From assembly GCA_013265495.1 (NCBI GenBank), contig MU058384.1, positions 4,451,239 to 4,515,238 of the forward strand: a stretch of 64,000 nt of DNA, in the 5' to 3' direction. How positions within the stretch are numbered: position 1 is the first letter of the stretch; each line of letters opens with the position of its first letter. Below the pieces are notes generated by a model. That model saw only the letters and a program-made list of their open reading frames with translations, made no database searches and was not told where the DNA came from. A program made the position numbers and the translations under genes. The DNA is from Vicugna vicugna. Lineage: Eukaryota. Shown here piece after piece: positions 11,413-23,900 of this stretch.

Positions 11413-14400
11413 AGTGAGAGTGGGTGAAGGATTTATGTGTAAGTCAAAGGATATAATTCAAGGAGACTGATAGGAGGTCCTTACAACAGCATACCCAGTA
11501 ATCCACTGACGTTTAAACCATGCTGGGAGTCCAGATTATGTGAACCCGAAGGACATTAATTGGATATTTTATTGAGTGACCAAGGCATGGGGCTTTCATT
11601 TTGCAGGAGGACAAAGATTTTGATGGGCAGAGGCAGTGAAACAAATATTCCAACTAGCATTAGAATAAAGCTATAAGAAATTATATCTCAAGGAGGGTTG
11701 CTAGCAGCCGGAAACTCCACCTTGACATTTATTTTGGGGACCTCAGAAGAACACGGGCAATACATGTAGAATATGCATATTGTGGGTATAGACAGTAAAA
11801 TGAGAAGCAGATACTTCTAATGATAGCAAACCAGATATTTTCTGAGAAATAGATCCTTGTACTAAAGGAGAAACTAATTTATTCATCTCAGATCGCTTAT
11901 CTCAGTGTCACTAACTGGCTTTAATCAACCACTTAAGAAACAGAACAAGGGTATGCATCTTGCACCTTCATGACTGAGATGACGACTAACCTTTACATGA
12001 TCAGATCTACCTAGATATGGCTAAGTCTCCACCACATACACTACAGAATCCCTCTGTAAAAGACCCCAGGGGTGTGTGATAACTTGCCTCTTCAGATTTA
12101 TAATCACACTGTGGCGACTCTGAAAATTCTGAAGAGTGGGGCAAGTAGAGATGCCGGGTACAGTGTGGATTTGCCATGTTGTTTATAATCAATGTGTTAT
12201 GTAAAATTAAAAAAAAGTTTAAGTCAAATTCCGTTAAATAGATCACACGTAACATTAATTTTGTGCCATGACAACTATTCCTAGTGTGTAGTATATGAAC
12301 ATACAAACGCAAGCATGCAGCATTTTAAACACCTAGGATGGCACTTCCACCTTATTTATTGAGGTGGACATATGTCAATAAGAAAACTCGTTTCTCAGAT
12401 CAAAGAATAGCTGGGGACATGTTTCAGCAAGAGACTGAAAACATGGATGCATTTTTCCCTAGAGTGGTCAATACCTCCCCATTCTCTCCCATGCCTGCTT
12501 GCTGCCGTGACACAAGCTATCCCCATATTTTCTATGCAGCATGACTTTCCCACCTTCTCCATCCATGTTTGCTAGAGATTCTAGGAACAAACCCATATCA
12601 CACAGGTGGGCTGATCAATGACTAAGCAGGAGGGGCCTGTACAGTTTCTTAACAAGCTATAAAATTGATCCAAATAAATCCCGAGTCTAATTCGAACAAT
12701 GTTAAGCTTTTAATTCATTCCTAGGCTTATTCTCCAAGGCTTATGCCAGAACTCTCTCACCTACTTCCACTGACTGTTAATGGAATCTTTCTAGCTGGCC
12801 TCACTCTGATTTAGCCTTGACTTCAGGCAGAACTGCAGCCCTGTGAATGCCTATCATCCCACGGGGTGCTTCTCCCCTGACTCCTACAGCAGTCTCCGTG
12901 AACTTCCCATTTCTGGGCAGAAACTACATGGACTTCCTCAATGGGTTCTTGTGCCCAGACTGTTCCTTACCTCTTTCCTTCTGAATGCACCCTTTTCCTC
13001 TTGCTGTGACAGCTCTCTCACCCTGATTAAACCATCACGCTGCAGAACACTCGTTTCTCTCAGTTATTTCTCTGTCTCCCCAGTTTTGCCTTATTTCTGG
13101 TCACCAGTCTGCAAGGCTGGTAAGAACTTCTTATTCAATTTCTGGCAATCCTTGCTTGCTTTCTTGTTTATCATTCAATTATAAAATAAATCTCAGGAAA
13201 ATTCCATGTTATATTTGACAACATTGTGTATTCTCCCAAAGCAGGGATGAAACGTATATTTATGGCAAGAGCATTTTCTCTTATTTTCTTAGGTAGTCTA
13301 ATGGCTTTAAGAAAAGCCTGAATGCTAAAGATAGCTGAGAGTCCTACATGGAAACAAATGGTCCATATTTCCCATCATTTATTTTGTATCCTTCATTGTG
13401 CAAATTCTGGTTCCCTGCATGTGATAGAGACTCAGTTAATTATTCAATACTTTTCTCAAACACTTTCCCTCTGCTGCTTCTAAATGTAGTATCAGATTGG
13501 ATAGCTAGCCTGTTGTATCTGCAGAGAATATGTAACCTTAGCATGTACTGCACTCGTCTCCATGGATACCAAATTTCTGTGAATGGTACTTCAAGTAAAA
13601 AAAATCTAAAAGGGGGAAGCTGAATTTTGCATTCTTTCTGTTTAGGTCCTTCCCTTCCTGACCCTTTTTGTCTCCTACATTTTCCATCCCAGGCTATGAA
13701 TGGCAAAGATCCTGCCACACTTAATGCAACAGATAACCCTTGCATTAGGATCACAGGGGGCAACATGTTTGTACCTTTTTGACTATTCTGTGAGCATCAA
13801 CCCACGGCAACTGAAGCTGCTACAGGAAATGGGAAGGTAAAAGCCCAAGTCTACTTTGACAAATTCTAACCAGGGATCTCCAACTTAAGGAGTGCAGAAA
13901 CCTGGGGTTTAATAAGAACAGTAATTGCAAAGGGCAGGTGGGGGGAATCCTAGAGCAGTTTTCACATCCTTAAAAAGCTAAATTGAAATGATAAGTCATC
14001 ACAACGCAACAAAATTGTGAAAGTTCTTCATATTTGGTTGGAATATTATTAACTTCTTTAGCAAATCCCTGTTTACCATCCCGTGCTGCTTAAAGCTGTG
14101 CTGGACTGTTACTTTTGCTGTCCTTAAATAATAAAAACAGAAAACATGTCTATTACTGTAGTAAAAGGGTATATATTCATTGATGTGAAGAGAAACCTAA
14201 GGAGGAAGTCAAAATTAAGGTAGTAGGCAGTCTTCTTTACAGATGAAACCTTTCAAAATTGTAGTATCTATTAACACAAAGAAAAGGGTCCTTGATGGTT
14301 AAAAAAATTTTTTTTGAGAGTAACTGTTTTTACCTAATCCTTTGCTGATTTGTATGTTGGTTTGTATGTTCTATTTTAATGCCTAAACTTGTTTAAGAGC

Positions 14401-16054
14401 AACAGACACACTGAAGGTAATTTCTGAAACATTATCTTGGTTATTTGCTTATTCGGAACTGAAGAAGGGAAAGTAGATCTCAGAACGTGAGGTGAGGAGT
14501 CAGTGTAACTGTCCTCGCTAAAGACCCAAAGGGCAAGACATCGAGGAGCCTGAGCACGGGTACCCAAGAGAGTAATGCTGAAGAAGGCAAGGAGATACGT
14601 GCTCTGCAGAGACCACTGGGACTGCTGGCAGCCGTGACCTGGAGCATGATGCAAACTCCACTCCTCGGCTCCCGTGGCTGTCAGGGTGCAGCCAGTTGGG
14701 GCTTCCTGGCAGGATTCTCATGGTTTTCCAGGAAGGAAGGGCAACCTGCTAGGAATGAATGTTCTTTAGGGATTGGTTTGGATTGTGCTAAGATCAAGAA
14801 CAGGGTCCAACACCAATAATACCGTTATTATCAGGCTTCTTTCCTCTCACAAAAATACATGCTAAGTTTGGGATATAAAGAGTTTTTCCCCATTAAAAAA
14901 GAACCCACCTCCATATTCAGAAATCATGCTACCAACAGTGACAGATAACTACAGGTGAGAATGGCTAAAAATTCCTCTCTGCAGACAGCTGTCAGAATTA
15001 AGCTCCCTCCCACATTGTAGGGATGGTGGAGAGAGCAGAAAGGAGTTCTGGGAAACATTCTTGCCTGTGCCATCTTTTCAGCATCTTGAAGCAAGTACCT
15101 CTAATGAGTACCTCTTCTCCTTCCCTCCCAAGTCAGGCAAATCCAGAAGTCCACCTATTTCTTATTCAGCAGCAGGTCACTATCAGATACACCTGTGAGA
15201 GATACAGGCTTTGTTCCTGATCTGAAATTTAAAGCCACGGAAAAGATATTCTCAAAAGACAGCAAAAATATGTAAAGGGAACTTCAGAAGCCAACACTCT
15301 GGGCACATCCTGACTTCAGTATCAGCACACCCAGTAAGTATAAAGGAACATAACGATGGGAACATTTCTTGAGAAGGAAGAGTTTATGAATTGGATGGTA
15401 TCAACTAATTATATCCTAGAAAATGCCTGTCAAGTCAGACAAGAGCAATTCAAAGAAGCACTAGGAAAATAGAGTGGGATAAACAGCAAAATATTATTCA
15501 CATCTGTAAAAATTTCAGAGTACATTCCAAAACCAAAGGTTAACTTAACTTTGCTTTGACTCTTAAAAACAGAAGGTAATGCCACAATTTTCTCTGGCAC
15601 AATATATACAGCATAATTAGCTCTATTATTATTTAAATTTTTTTTTCATTTTTATACCAATCAACTTTTAAGACTGTAACAAAAACAATTTTTCTTTTTC
15701 TTTTTATCTTTTCCCCCCAACTCTGGTCTAATTCTCCTTTCTCTCCACAGTTGGAAAGCAACTGTACTTCACTGAGGAGAACTGATAAGTTCCTTAAAGG
15801 AGGAATCATGTCTTACATTTCTTTGTAAACCCCACTCCCTCCTACCATGATTGGCAGATTTAGGGACTCAGAGAGTGTTTGTTAAAAGATTGAATGGATG
15901 GGATGAGGAATGTATAAGTAGACAAATACATTTATTTTATCCATCTTCTGTAGCCTAAAGGGAAAAACCTGTTGCCCAAATGTTTATTATAACTCTTTTG
16001 TTAACACTGAGAGGATGAGGTAACTGGACCACGTAGAGATGGAAAGAAAGGAAT

Positions 16055-16260
16055 GGCATTTGCTACACACTCAGAACATGTCCTGGGCTGGTGTTTTCAC
16101 ATGTGATTATAGTCAATCCCCATAATGACTCTGCCAGAAAATACCATTATCTGCCTTTTACAGATAAGCAGATAGGGTCCCAGAGAGAATACTAACCTAT
16201 CCAAATTCACATGGGTAGGAGCTAGGATTTAAACTTGAGTGCTACTTTCAAACAACACAC
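16055..16260 (-). mobile_element. MIR SINE
   Basis: Core-like cattatctgccttttacagataag...cagagag...ccaaattcaca...gctaggatttaaac. Confidence 0.65.
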
Positions 16261-19200
16261 TTTTTCCTCTATTCCTTGTCTAAACACTAAAGTGTAAAGA
16301 TTAAATCACTAGCAGATCAAGTTGTGAGACTTTTTAAAACTCTTGGCACTTAAGTGGCCCCTCCCAATTAATTAGTTATGTGTTGAGCACTCGCCACGTA
16401 CAAAGTACATTTGAAATGCCAAGGGGCACAAGAGGATAAATGTCTCCTCCTTTATGATGTGCAGCTGGGGCCCGATGTCCATGATTCAGATAACACAACA
16501 TTCTGAGTGTATGAGGAAGTATCAAGATGATTAAGGAACTTCAAACATCTTTCAAAGAAGTCAAAAATAATCCATCTTGAGACTAACAGTAATTTTCTCT
16601 CATTAGGATAAACTGGGTTTAGTGCTAAAATACTGACTTTATATGCATAATAATTATTAGGCTCATTTTGTAACCAAATAATCTTCTGATGCTAGAAATG
16701 TCACTAAGATTGAGTAACTTTTTGGAGAAGGTTTTTAAAGAGTTTACTGGACATCTAAGAGTGTTGTCTGACCACTAGAGGTACCCAGATGCTAAAGTTT
16801 ACCAGCTTCCTTTCTTCTTACCCAGAATCCAATCAGAGACCACCAGGATGACAACATTTTGAGAAATCAGGTCCTGTTAGCCATTTGCTCCATTTCTACC
16901 ACAGAGTAGCTATGGGAATTTGGAAATTCACAGAATCAGGGTGATTTCTTAGAACAGAGTCTCCAAGAATATTCTGATGATGTATGAAGGGGTATATCTG
17001 TCAGGGATTCTACCCTTCCACAATTCAGTCTGCCATTCTGAGAGATTAAATACTCATCTAAATAAATAGCACTTCAGGAAAGAGCTTTGCCCAGAATCTC
17101 TGCCTTCTTGGTTCTCTCTTGCCCTGAGTCTAACCTAAAGTTCTCCTTTCTCTACCAGGATGGGAACAGCCTTAACACTGTTTGGCAGCTAAGCCTGCAA
17201 ACCAGTTGATGACAGGGCCCAGAGGCTTCACTCTTCATGTCAGTGGGCCACCCAGGAGCACAGAGGGTCACAGACACAGTTCTGGGGGAAGCACCCCCTA
17301 GATACAGGTTAGGGTTGAGAACAGTGGAACAAGATAGGGTTGGTCCATCCTTTCTCAGTAGATTGAGCAGGTCTTGGAGGTGGAGTTGGCACTTCTCTGA
17401 TGCTCACCACAAAGTAAAGTTATCCCCCAAAACTGACCCTTCCAGGCCTCTAGGTTGTGTGCTGCTCAGTCCCGGACAATGGAGGGTGGAAGCTCTTCCC
17501 AAAGCAAACAGCTCTTGCTCAGCTGACATTCACCTGGGTGGTGGCCCAGGCCAGGCTGGGGAGCAGAGGTGGGAAGAAAAGCCATTCCAGATCCTTATTG
17601 GGCCACCAACTCAGAAGGCTACGTACCAAGCTACTAATTGTCAGGGTCCAGCCAACCCTTCCTGACAGAGCACATACAAGGCAAACATTGTTCTCAGTCA
17701 GACCTTGCATCACAAGAGAAAATTCTATGGCATAGCCATGGCCAGATTCTTTCCCTTGTCTGAGATGCTAGACTGCTGCATCTGTGTCCTCCCTGGGTCT
17801 GGGGAATCTTATATCGCCCTCAATTCTGTCCAGACTACGTCCCAGTCCAGTATTAAATGCACAGTTTCCTGGCTGTGCTTGAGGAGGTGTCCTCTTATCT
17901 ACCTCCCTGAACTGAGAGAAACTGTTTCAGGATGTTTCCTAAGAAAAACCTAAGGAAGACAGAAGGAAAATTTCATTTTTCGTGATTTATTCTTCTCAAA
18001 TTTTGATTTTTCACAAGAAGCATGCATTAATTTATAATAATAATAAAAGAAGGTCTAGAAGGAATGAATTCACTTCACCCATTTCACATAAAATTGTTAC
18101 TACAAATGAATTTAAAGATATTAAATATAATGTGTGTGCTTTATTGAGTGCTGAGGGAAGTGGTACAATTTAATTGAGGATTTCCTGTGCTGTCTGGAGC
18201 TGAGAATAAGGGATTGTATTGTGGCCTCTCTGTCCCTGTTTTCCCTTCCCCCAGAGCCTAATATATCAATCACATAAAATTAGTGTAATTAGGAAGTCGA
18301 CCAAAGACAGACAGGCTCTTCCTGTAAGTTTTTCAAATGAAAACCCAAGCACCATTATAAAGCAAACACATTTATCTATTCGTTGAAATTGGATGAATAT
18401 GATCACTGTAACTTTAAGGAACTCAGACAATTCAAGATTTACGGCATCCAAAATACAAATCAATTCTTAGAAAATGAACACAGGCTTTGATGACAAATGA
18501 CCCATGTCTCCTTTGGAGCATGCTGTGTGACCCGCTCCCAGGCGTGTGTCCTTTGTCTTTCTGAGGATGCCTGCTCCCATCCTATAGCTCAGCCCACCTC
18601 ATCCTGCTTCCTCCCTCAGAGGGCAGGGGTTGGTGATGGTGTGACCACTGGCTGGGCTTGCAGAGGGCTGCTCCTGGAATACCAACGCAGGAGAACTTGG
18701 CGCCCCTACAGGGGCTCTGGGAGCTTTTTTGTCTTAAGCCTACAGCAGAGAGCAATTTCAAGAGGGTGGCAGGAAATGCGGAAGGTTGAGCAGTGAACGG
18801 GAGTGGAGGAGACAGATACAATTGGGTGGACCAAATCCTTTCAGCTGCGGAGGGGAGAGAGAGAGCAGTCATAGCCTGGGGGGATGGACACCAGGTCATA
18901 ATCAAGTTACTTTAGGTTCAGAAGCATTTAGTATGTTTATAGCCTGAGGGAAAGAGCCAGGGAAGATGGGGACCTCTAGTTTTACGTTCATCACAAATTT
19001 CCATTGAGTTACTTCAGATTACAAAATATTGGATCTGTTATTATGTTGGTTTACTTTTAAGTGAGAGAATAAATCCTCCATGCACCTCACTACTGAAATC
19101 GTAGATGCTGAGATCTCTGTGGGCCAAACAGGAAGACAAATTCTGGCAGTCACTCAGTGGCAAGTCCATCACAAAACTTGGCGTTTGGCTTTTAGTATGA

Positions 19201-19649
19201 TTTTAATGTATTTAACAATAATGACGTACTTTTCCCCTGTGCTTTTCCCCTTTCACTATTCTGTGCATGTAAGGTACTTTCAAAACAATGCTTGTGTTTT
19301 TCTTAGAACACTACTCAGATAGCCTTCTTTTCTGAAATAAAGAAAACAATCTCCAGCTCCTTTATAAAATCTGAAGTCCTTTTTGTTTTTCCAACTCTGC
19401 TCTAAACAGACCACAATTATGAAATGTTTACGCGTGGAAGAATTAGTGGCGAGTAACTACCTAACTATATGCCGATAGTACTAATTTTAAGACAGCTTAT
19501 AATTAGTGCTAACCAGTTGCTGAGGGATTTCCGACCTACGATGCCAGTTGGCTCACTTTGGTTAACAAGAAATGGCCTTGATGTCCCTGCAAGAGATACT
19601 AGCTAGTAGGGATCGAATACATGCCAGTCTGTGAAGTGAGCATCACCAG

Positions 19650-19790
19650 GCCCATTTCATGAAGCAGAAATTGGAGGCATAAAGGCTATGAAACTCACAC
19701 AAATCACACGGCTGGCTGGTAAGTGTCAGGGCGGGACCCAAATCCAGGCATGGCTGACCACAAAGCATGTGCCCTTTCCCATTAAGCTGT
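19650..19790 (-). mobile_element. MIR SINE fragment
   Basis: cccatttcatgaagcagaaattggaggc...tcacacggctggctggtaagtgtcagggcgggacccaaatccagg. Confidence 0.6.
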
Positions 19791-20299
19791 AGCTCTTACC
19801 TTCTCAAGGAGGGAAGGGGAAATTAAAGCAACAAAGGTCACACTGTACAACAGCAGAAATGGGCTTGTTCTAGCAGGTCCCCTCTGGGGTAACGGCTACA
19901 CCAGTAAAACCACACTTGATTATCTAAGGACCCTATGGCTCAGCCCGGCCCAGCCTGGGACTACTCAGATCTGCTGAAACCTGCTCTTCATGTAACCTGA
20001 TTGCTAAAATTCTCCTTTTCCCTTTCCCTCTAAGTTAGTTTCACTTCACATGCATCAAAACACAGCTAATCCAGAAAGATGAGACCTGTGTTCTTTCCCA
20101 TATCTGACTGTTTCCACCTATAATTTCAAAATCTTTGTAATCTTGTCTAAGTCCTACTTCATATCCTAAATCCAGGTTACCTGATACCCTAAAATGTATC
20201 CTGCTTGTTCTTTCAGATAAAAATTACTGATGGAATTAGAATTGGGTGGGCTTCACTATGTTTCTACACTACGGTTACTTGTTAAAATTTAAATCTGGG

Positions 20300-20515
20300 C
20301 ATGCAATGTACAGCATAGTGACAGTAGTTAACGATATGGTATTGTGTATTTGAAAGTTGATAAGAAAGTACAGTTTTCTTCATACACAAAAAAATCGCAA
20401 CTGTGTGTGGTGATGGATGTTAACTAAACCTATTGGGGTAATCACTTCACATACACACTTCTATCAAATTATTATGTTGTACACCTAAAACCAGCACAAT
20501 GTTATATGTCAGTAT
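20300..20515 (+). mobile_element. L1 3' UTR end (L1MA-like)
   Basis: aatgtacagcatagtgacagtagttaac...gtgatggatgttaactaaac...tatgttgtacaccta...aatgttatatgtca. Confidence 0.85.
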
Positions 20516-23369
20516 CAGGTAAGCTTTGATACAACAGTATATTCCAGTGGAAATGATGATCTGAAGAAATCATGTACTGATATATACCAGAACGCTGCAA
20601 AATCGTTCTTCCCCTTGGAGAAAACAGAGGTGTCAACTGCCTTGTATCATTCTGAATTTCACAAACTAGAGAAGGACAAGAAATGTTTGCACATGACGAC
20701 AGAGCTGTGAAAATGCAGTTTTTAGACTCTTGCTACCAGATCAGCTTTTACTGAAAGTATTTTCACAGCCTGCAGTCTTCATGTGCTTCTTCATGCTATC
20801 AGGCACAGAACCACTTTTCTACGAAAACAAAACACTTCCCAAGAAGTGTGCTCAGAAATTCTAAAGAACTTTAAGGGAGCACCCTAAATCCTCATGTTCT
20901 GATGGTTTCACAACTCTCACTGCTTCCAAGCTTCCCTGTCCCTAATTTGCTCTGGTGAGTTTTTGTTTGTTTTCACTCAGAGGGTTTTCTCAACTGGGCT
21001 CTATAGCTCATGTCAGCAGAGAGTCAAAAATATCCTTACCGGGCGCCAAGAAAGCGGTAACCACACACATACAAAATAGAACCGCTCTACTGGCTTTTAA
21101 CTCCGTAGACACGCAGGCAAATTACTCGTGGGCTAGTTTAAGAATTTATGCAAGAATTCTCCTCGAGGTAGGGAAAAGTATTAGCTCAGTTATCTTGAGT
21201 CTTATCTATGTTAACAAAGAGAGGAAAGAATAAAACAGGACTTGGTGGGTTTTGCTTCTGGCTGCTCTGGGTCATTTGTGTGGAACATGTCTTGCGAAAG
21301 TAGCATTGGCAAAAATGTACCCACAAATATGTTTTGAGAAATAAGCTATAGAGTATGTACACAATGTGACACATAATTACTATGTGGGGAAGTCAAACTC
21401 CTGCTGCGAATATTTTGCATTTATAATGTCAGTGATTGGCCTTGGGTCTCTCTGTCTCCCAAATACATTTATTCCAGTCTCCCCCACCCCCTTAACCCAG
21501 TCAGATTGATGAAAAATAAGCCACATAATTCATTCTTTTGCTTATTTAACTATTATCAAGCCGTTACACTTGTGGATGCTGCCTAGTGCTATGTCCACTA
21601 AGAATAAGACCCTGCATAAAGGTGCTTTGACGCCTTACAAACCTGAGGAAAGGAGCCAGGCAGAGCATGGTGCACACAGGAAAGGAGGCCCAGAAGAGCA
21701 CAGGGGGCTCCTTCTTAGCCACAAATTAGGAAAACTGCATGTGGACCGTAGCTGTCATTTCACTGTGTTTGCATTTCTGTTGTTTGCTTTTTATTTCTCC
21801 TCAGTAATTAACATTTTTAAAATGTTAAAAATAAAGTAAAAGAGAGCCACTGACTTGCTTTCTGGACTGAGTTCTGCTCTGCAGCCAGATGTGAAGACAA
21901 GCTAGTAAAAGGATGGTTTCTATCAAGGGAGCGCTGAGAAGAGGCCTGGAGAACTGAAGAGTGGAGCTTCTGAGGAGCCGACCTGGACCACACAATGTCC
22001 CATAGGCATATTGGCGGGAAGGCCTGTTCATGTATCTGACAGTTGAGCTTTACTTTTGAATATCCGAAATGACCTTTTATAAGGATTTTTTTCCTTTTTG
22101 AGCTAGATGTCTTAGAGAATGTGTATTTGACTTTTGAATTGGTTGTTGAGAAATGGAATATTTAAAAGACAACCTCTCTATCAGATTGAGGTTAGTCAGC
22201 ACATCCTTCGTGTCCCAGGCACTGTCAGGTACAGAGGGCCCAGAACTGAACAGGGCATGGTTCCTGCCCTCAGTGAGCTGATATTCAGGATGAGAGACAG
22301 GTGAGCATCTGACACCTATAAATGGCTGGTGTTATCTATGACTTAACTCTGATTTATTCATTTTTCTGCTTGAGTAGTTCTCAAGTTCAAGCTTTGAAAA
22401 CAAATTCCTTTATGTCATGAGACAGAAGGAGAATGTTCTCTTTAAAAGATACACACATTGAAAATTTGTTCCATTTTGCGGATTTCTTGAATTATCATTT
22501 TTCTGAGAAATTTATGATCAATTTCTCAAATTTTCTTGGTATGGAGCATGGTGGAGAAGGGTCATTCATTACGGAAGTTTTGTTTGCTAAAATATTGGGA
22601 AACTAAGATTGAAAAACTTTAGGGTGGCTTCCTATCTCACGGCTGCATCTTTTGAAGAGAGAAATAAGCTTGGACCTATTCATTTTCATTGGAAAAGAAC
22701 AATTTGACATAGCAGAGAGAAAATGACAATCCAGGTGACTTGAAAAAAAAGTAGGACCAAGGAAAAGAGAAAGAGGGAACATAATATAACACATTTTTTA
22801 TGAATACAAATTGATTCTCCAGTCATTCATGAGAAAGAATATTCCTAGATATGGTAATAGAACTCGTGTTTTTGGTTATTTTTCTTATATTTTGTTCTTA
22901 TGCTATGTAGTCTACTGCTAAAATGTTAGCATTTGGGGAAGCTGTGTTAAGGATGTCTCAGACTGCTTTCAATAATTTTTACAACATTTTTATAAACCTA
23001 AAATTACACTGAAATAAAATCTTAAAAAAATATGGACAAGTAATAAGTACAAATAGAAACTAATGGAGCCAAGATTTGAACCTAAATAGATCTGACCACA
23101 AAACTCTGCATTTTGGCCACCATATTATTCTATTTCCCTTTCTTTATACTAGGTGACTCTATTCCTACTTGCTCTTTAGGAACTGTGCTTTTTTGTTTTT
23201 TGTTCTTGTTTTTATTTTACTTTTAACCCTAGGTTAGAGGGACCAAACTTCTAAATTATGACCTCCAGTTATTTCCATGACTGGACTGCCTTTCTGGGGA
23301 TCTCCTGCCATCACTACTGAAGATGATTTACTAATCTTCTCAGAACAATTCCCTTCAGTCTTGGATATG

Positions 23370-23900
23370 GTATTAACGATCTTTTATGGTGTAACAAATG
23401 TTCCATAAATATAGTGACTTAAAACAATGGTAAACATTATTTCTGTTGGTCAGGAATTCGGGAATGGCATGGTTAGGTGGTTCTGGCTCAGGGTGTCTCA
23501 TGAAGTTGCAGTCAAGATATTGATCAGAGCTTAGTTATCTGGAACAGGAGGATCTACTGTCAAGATGGCTGACTTACAGGACTGGCAAGTTGGTGCTGGC
23601 TGTTGGCAGGATTCAGTTGCTCTCCACGGGGCCTCTCCCAGTGCCGCTTAAGTGTTTGCAAGACATGGAGGCTAGAATCTCCCAGATAAACTGATCCATA
23701 AGAAAGAAAGTTAGGAGGAAATTCTCCATTTTAAGATCCAGTCTTAGAAGTCACATAATCATTTCTGCCATACTTTTTTTGTTGTTGTTAGAAGCAAGTC
23801 ACTAACTTGGGTCCACAGTCAAATGGAGGGGAAATTATAACCCACCTTATGAAGGGGTGTGGAATGTCAAGAACTTGCAACATACTTTAAAATTACCCTA
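23370..23900 (-). mobile_element. MaLR solo LTR (MLT1F/H-like)
   Basis: tgtaacaaat...agtgacttaaaacaa...ggtcaggaattcggg...ttctggctcagggtgtctcatgaagttgcagtcaagat. Confidence 0.85.
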
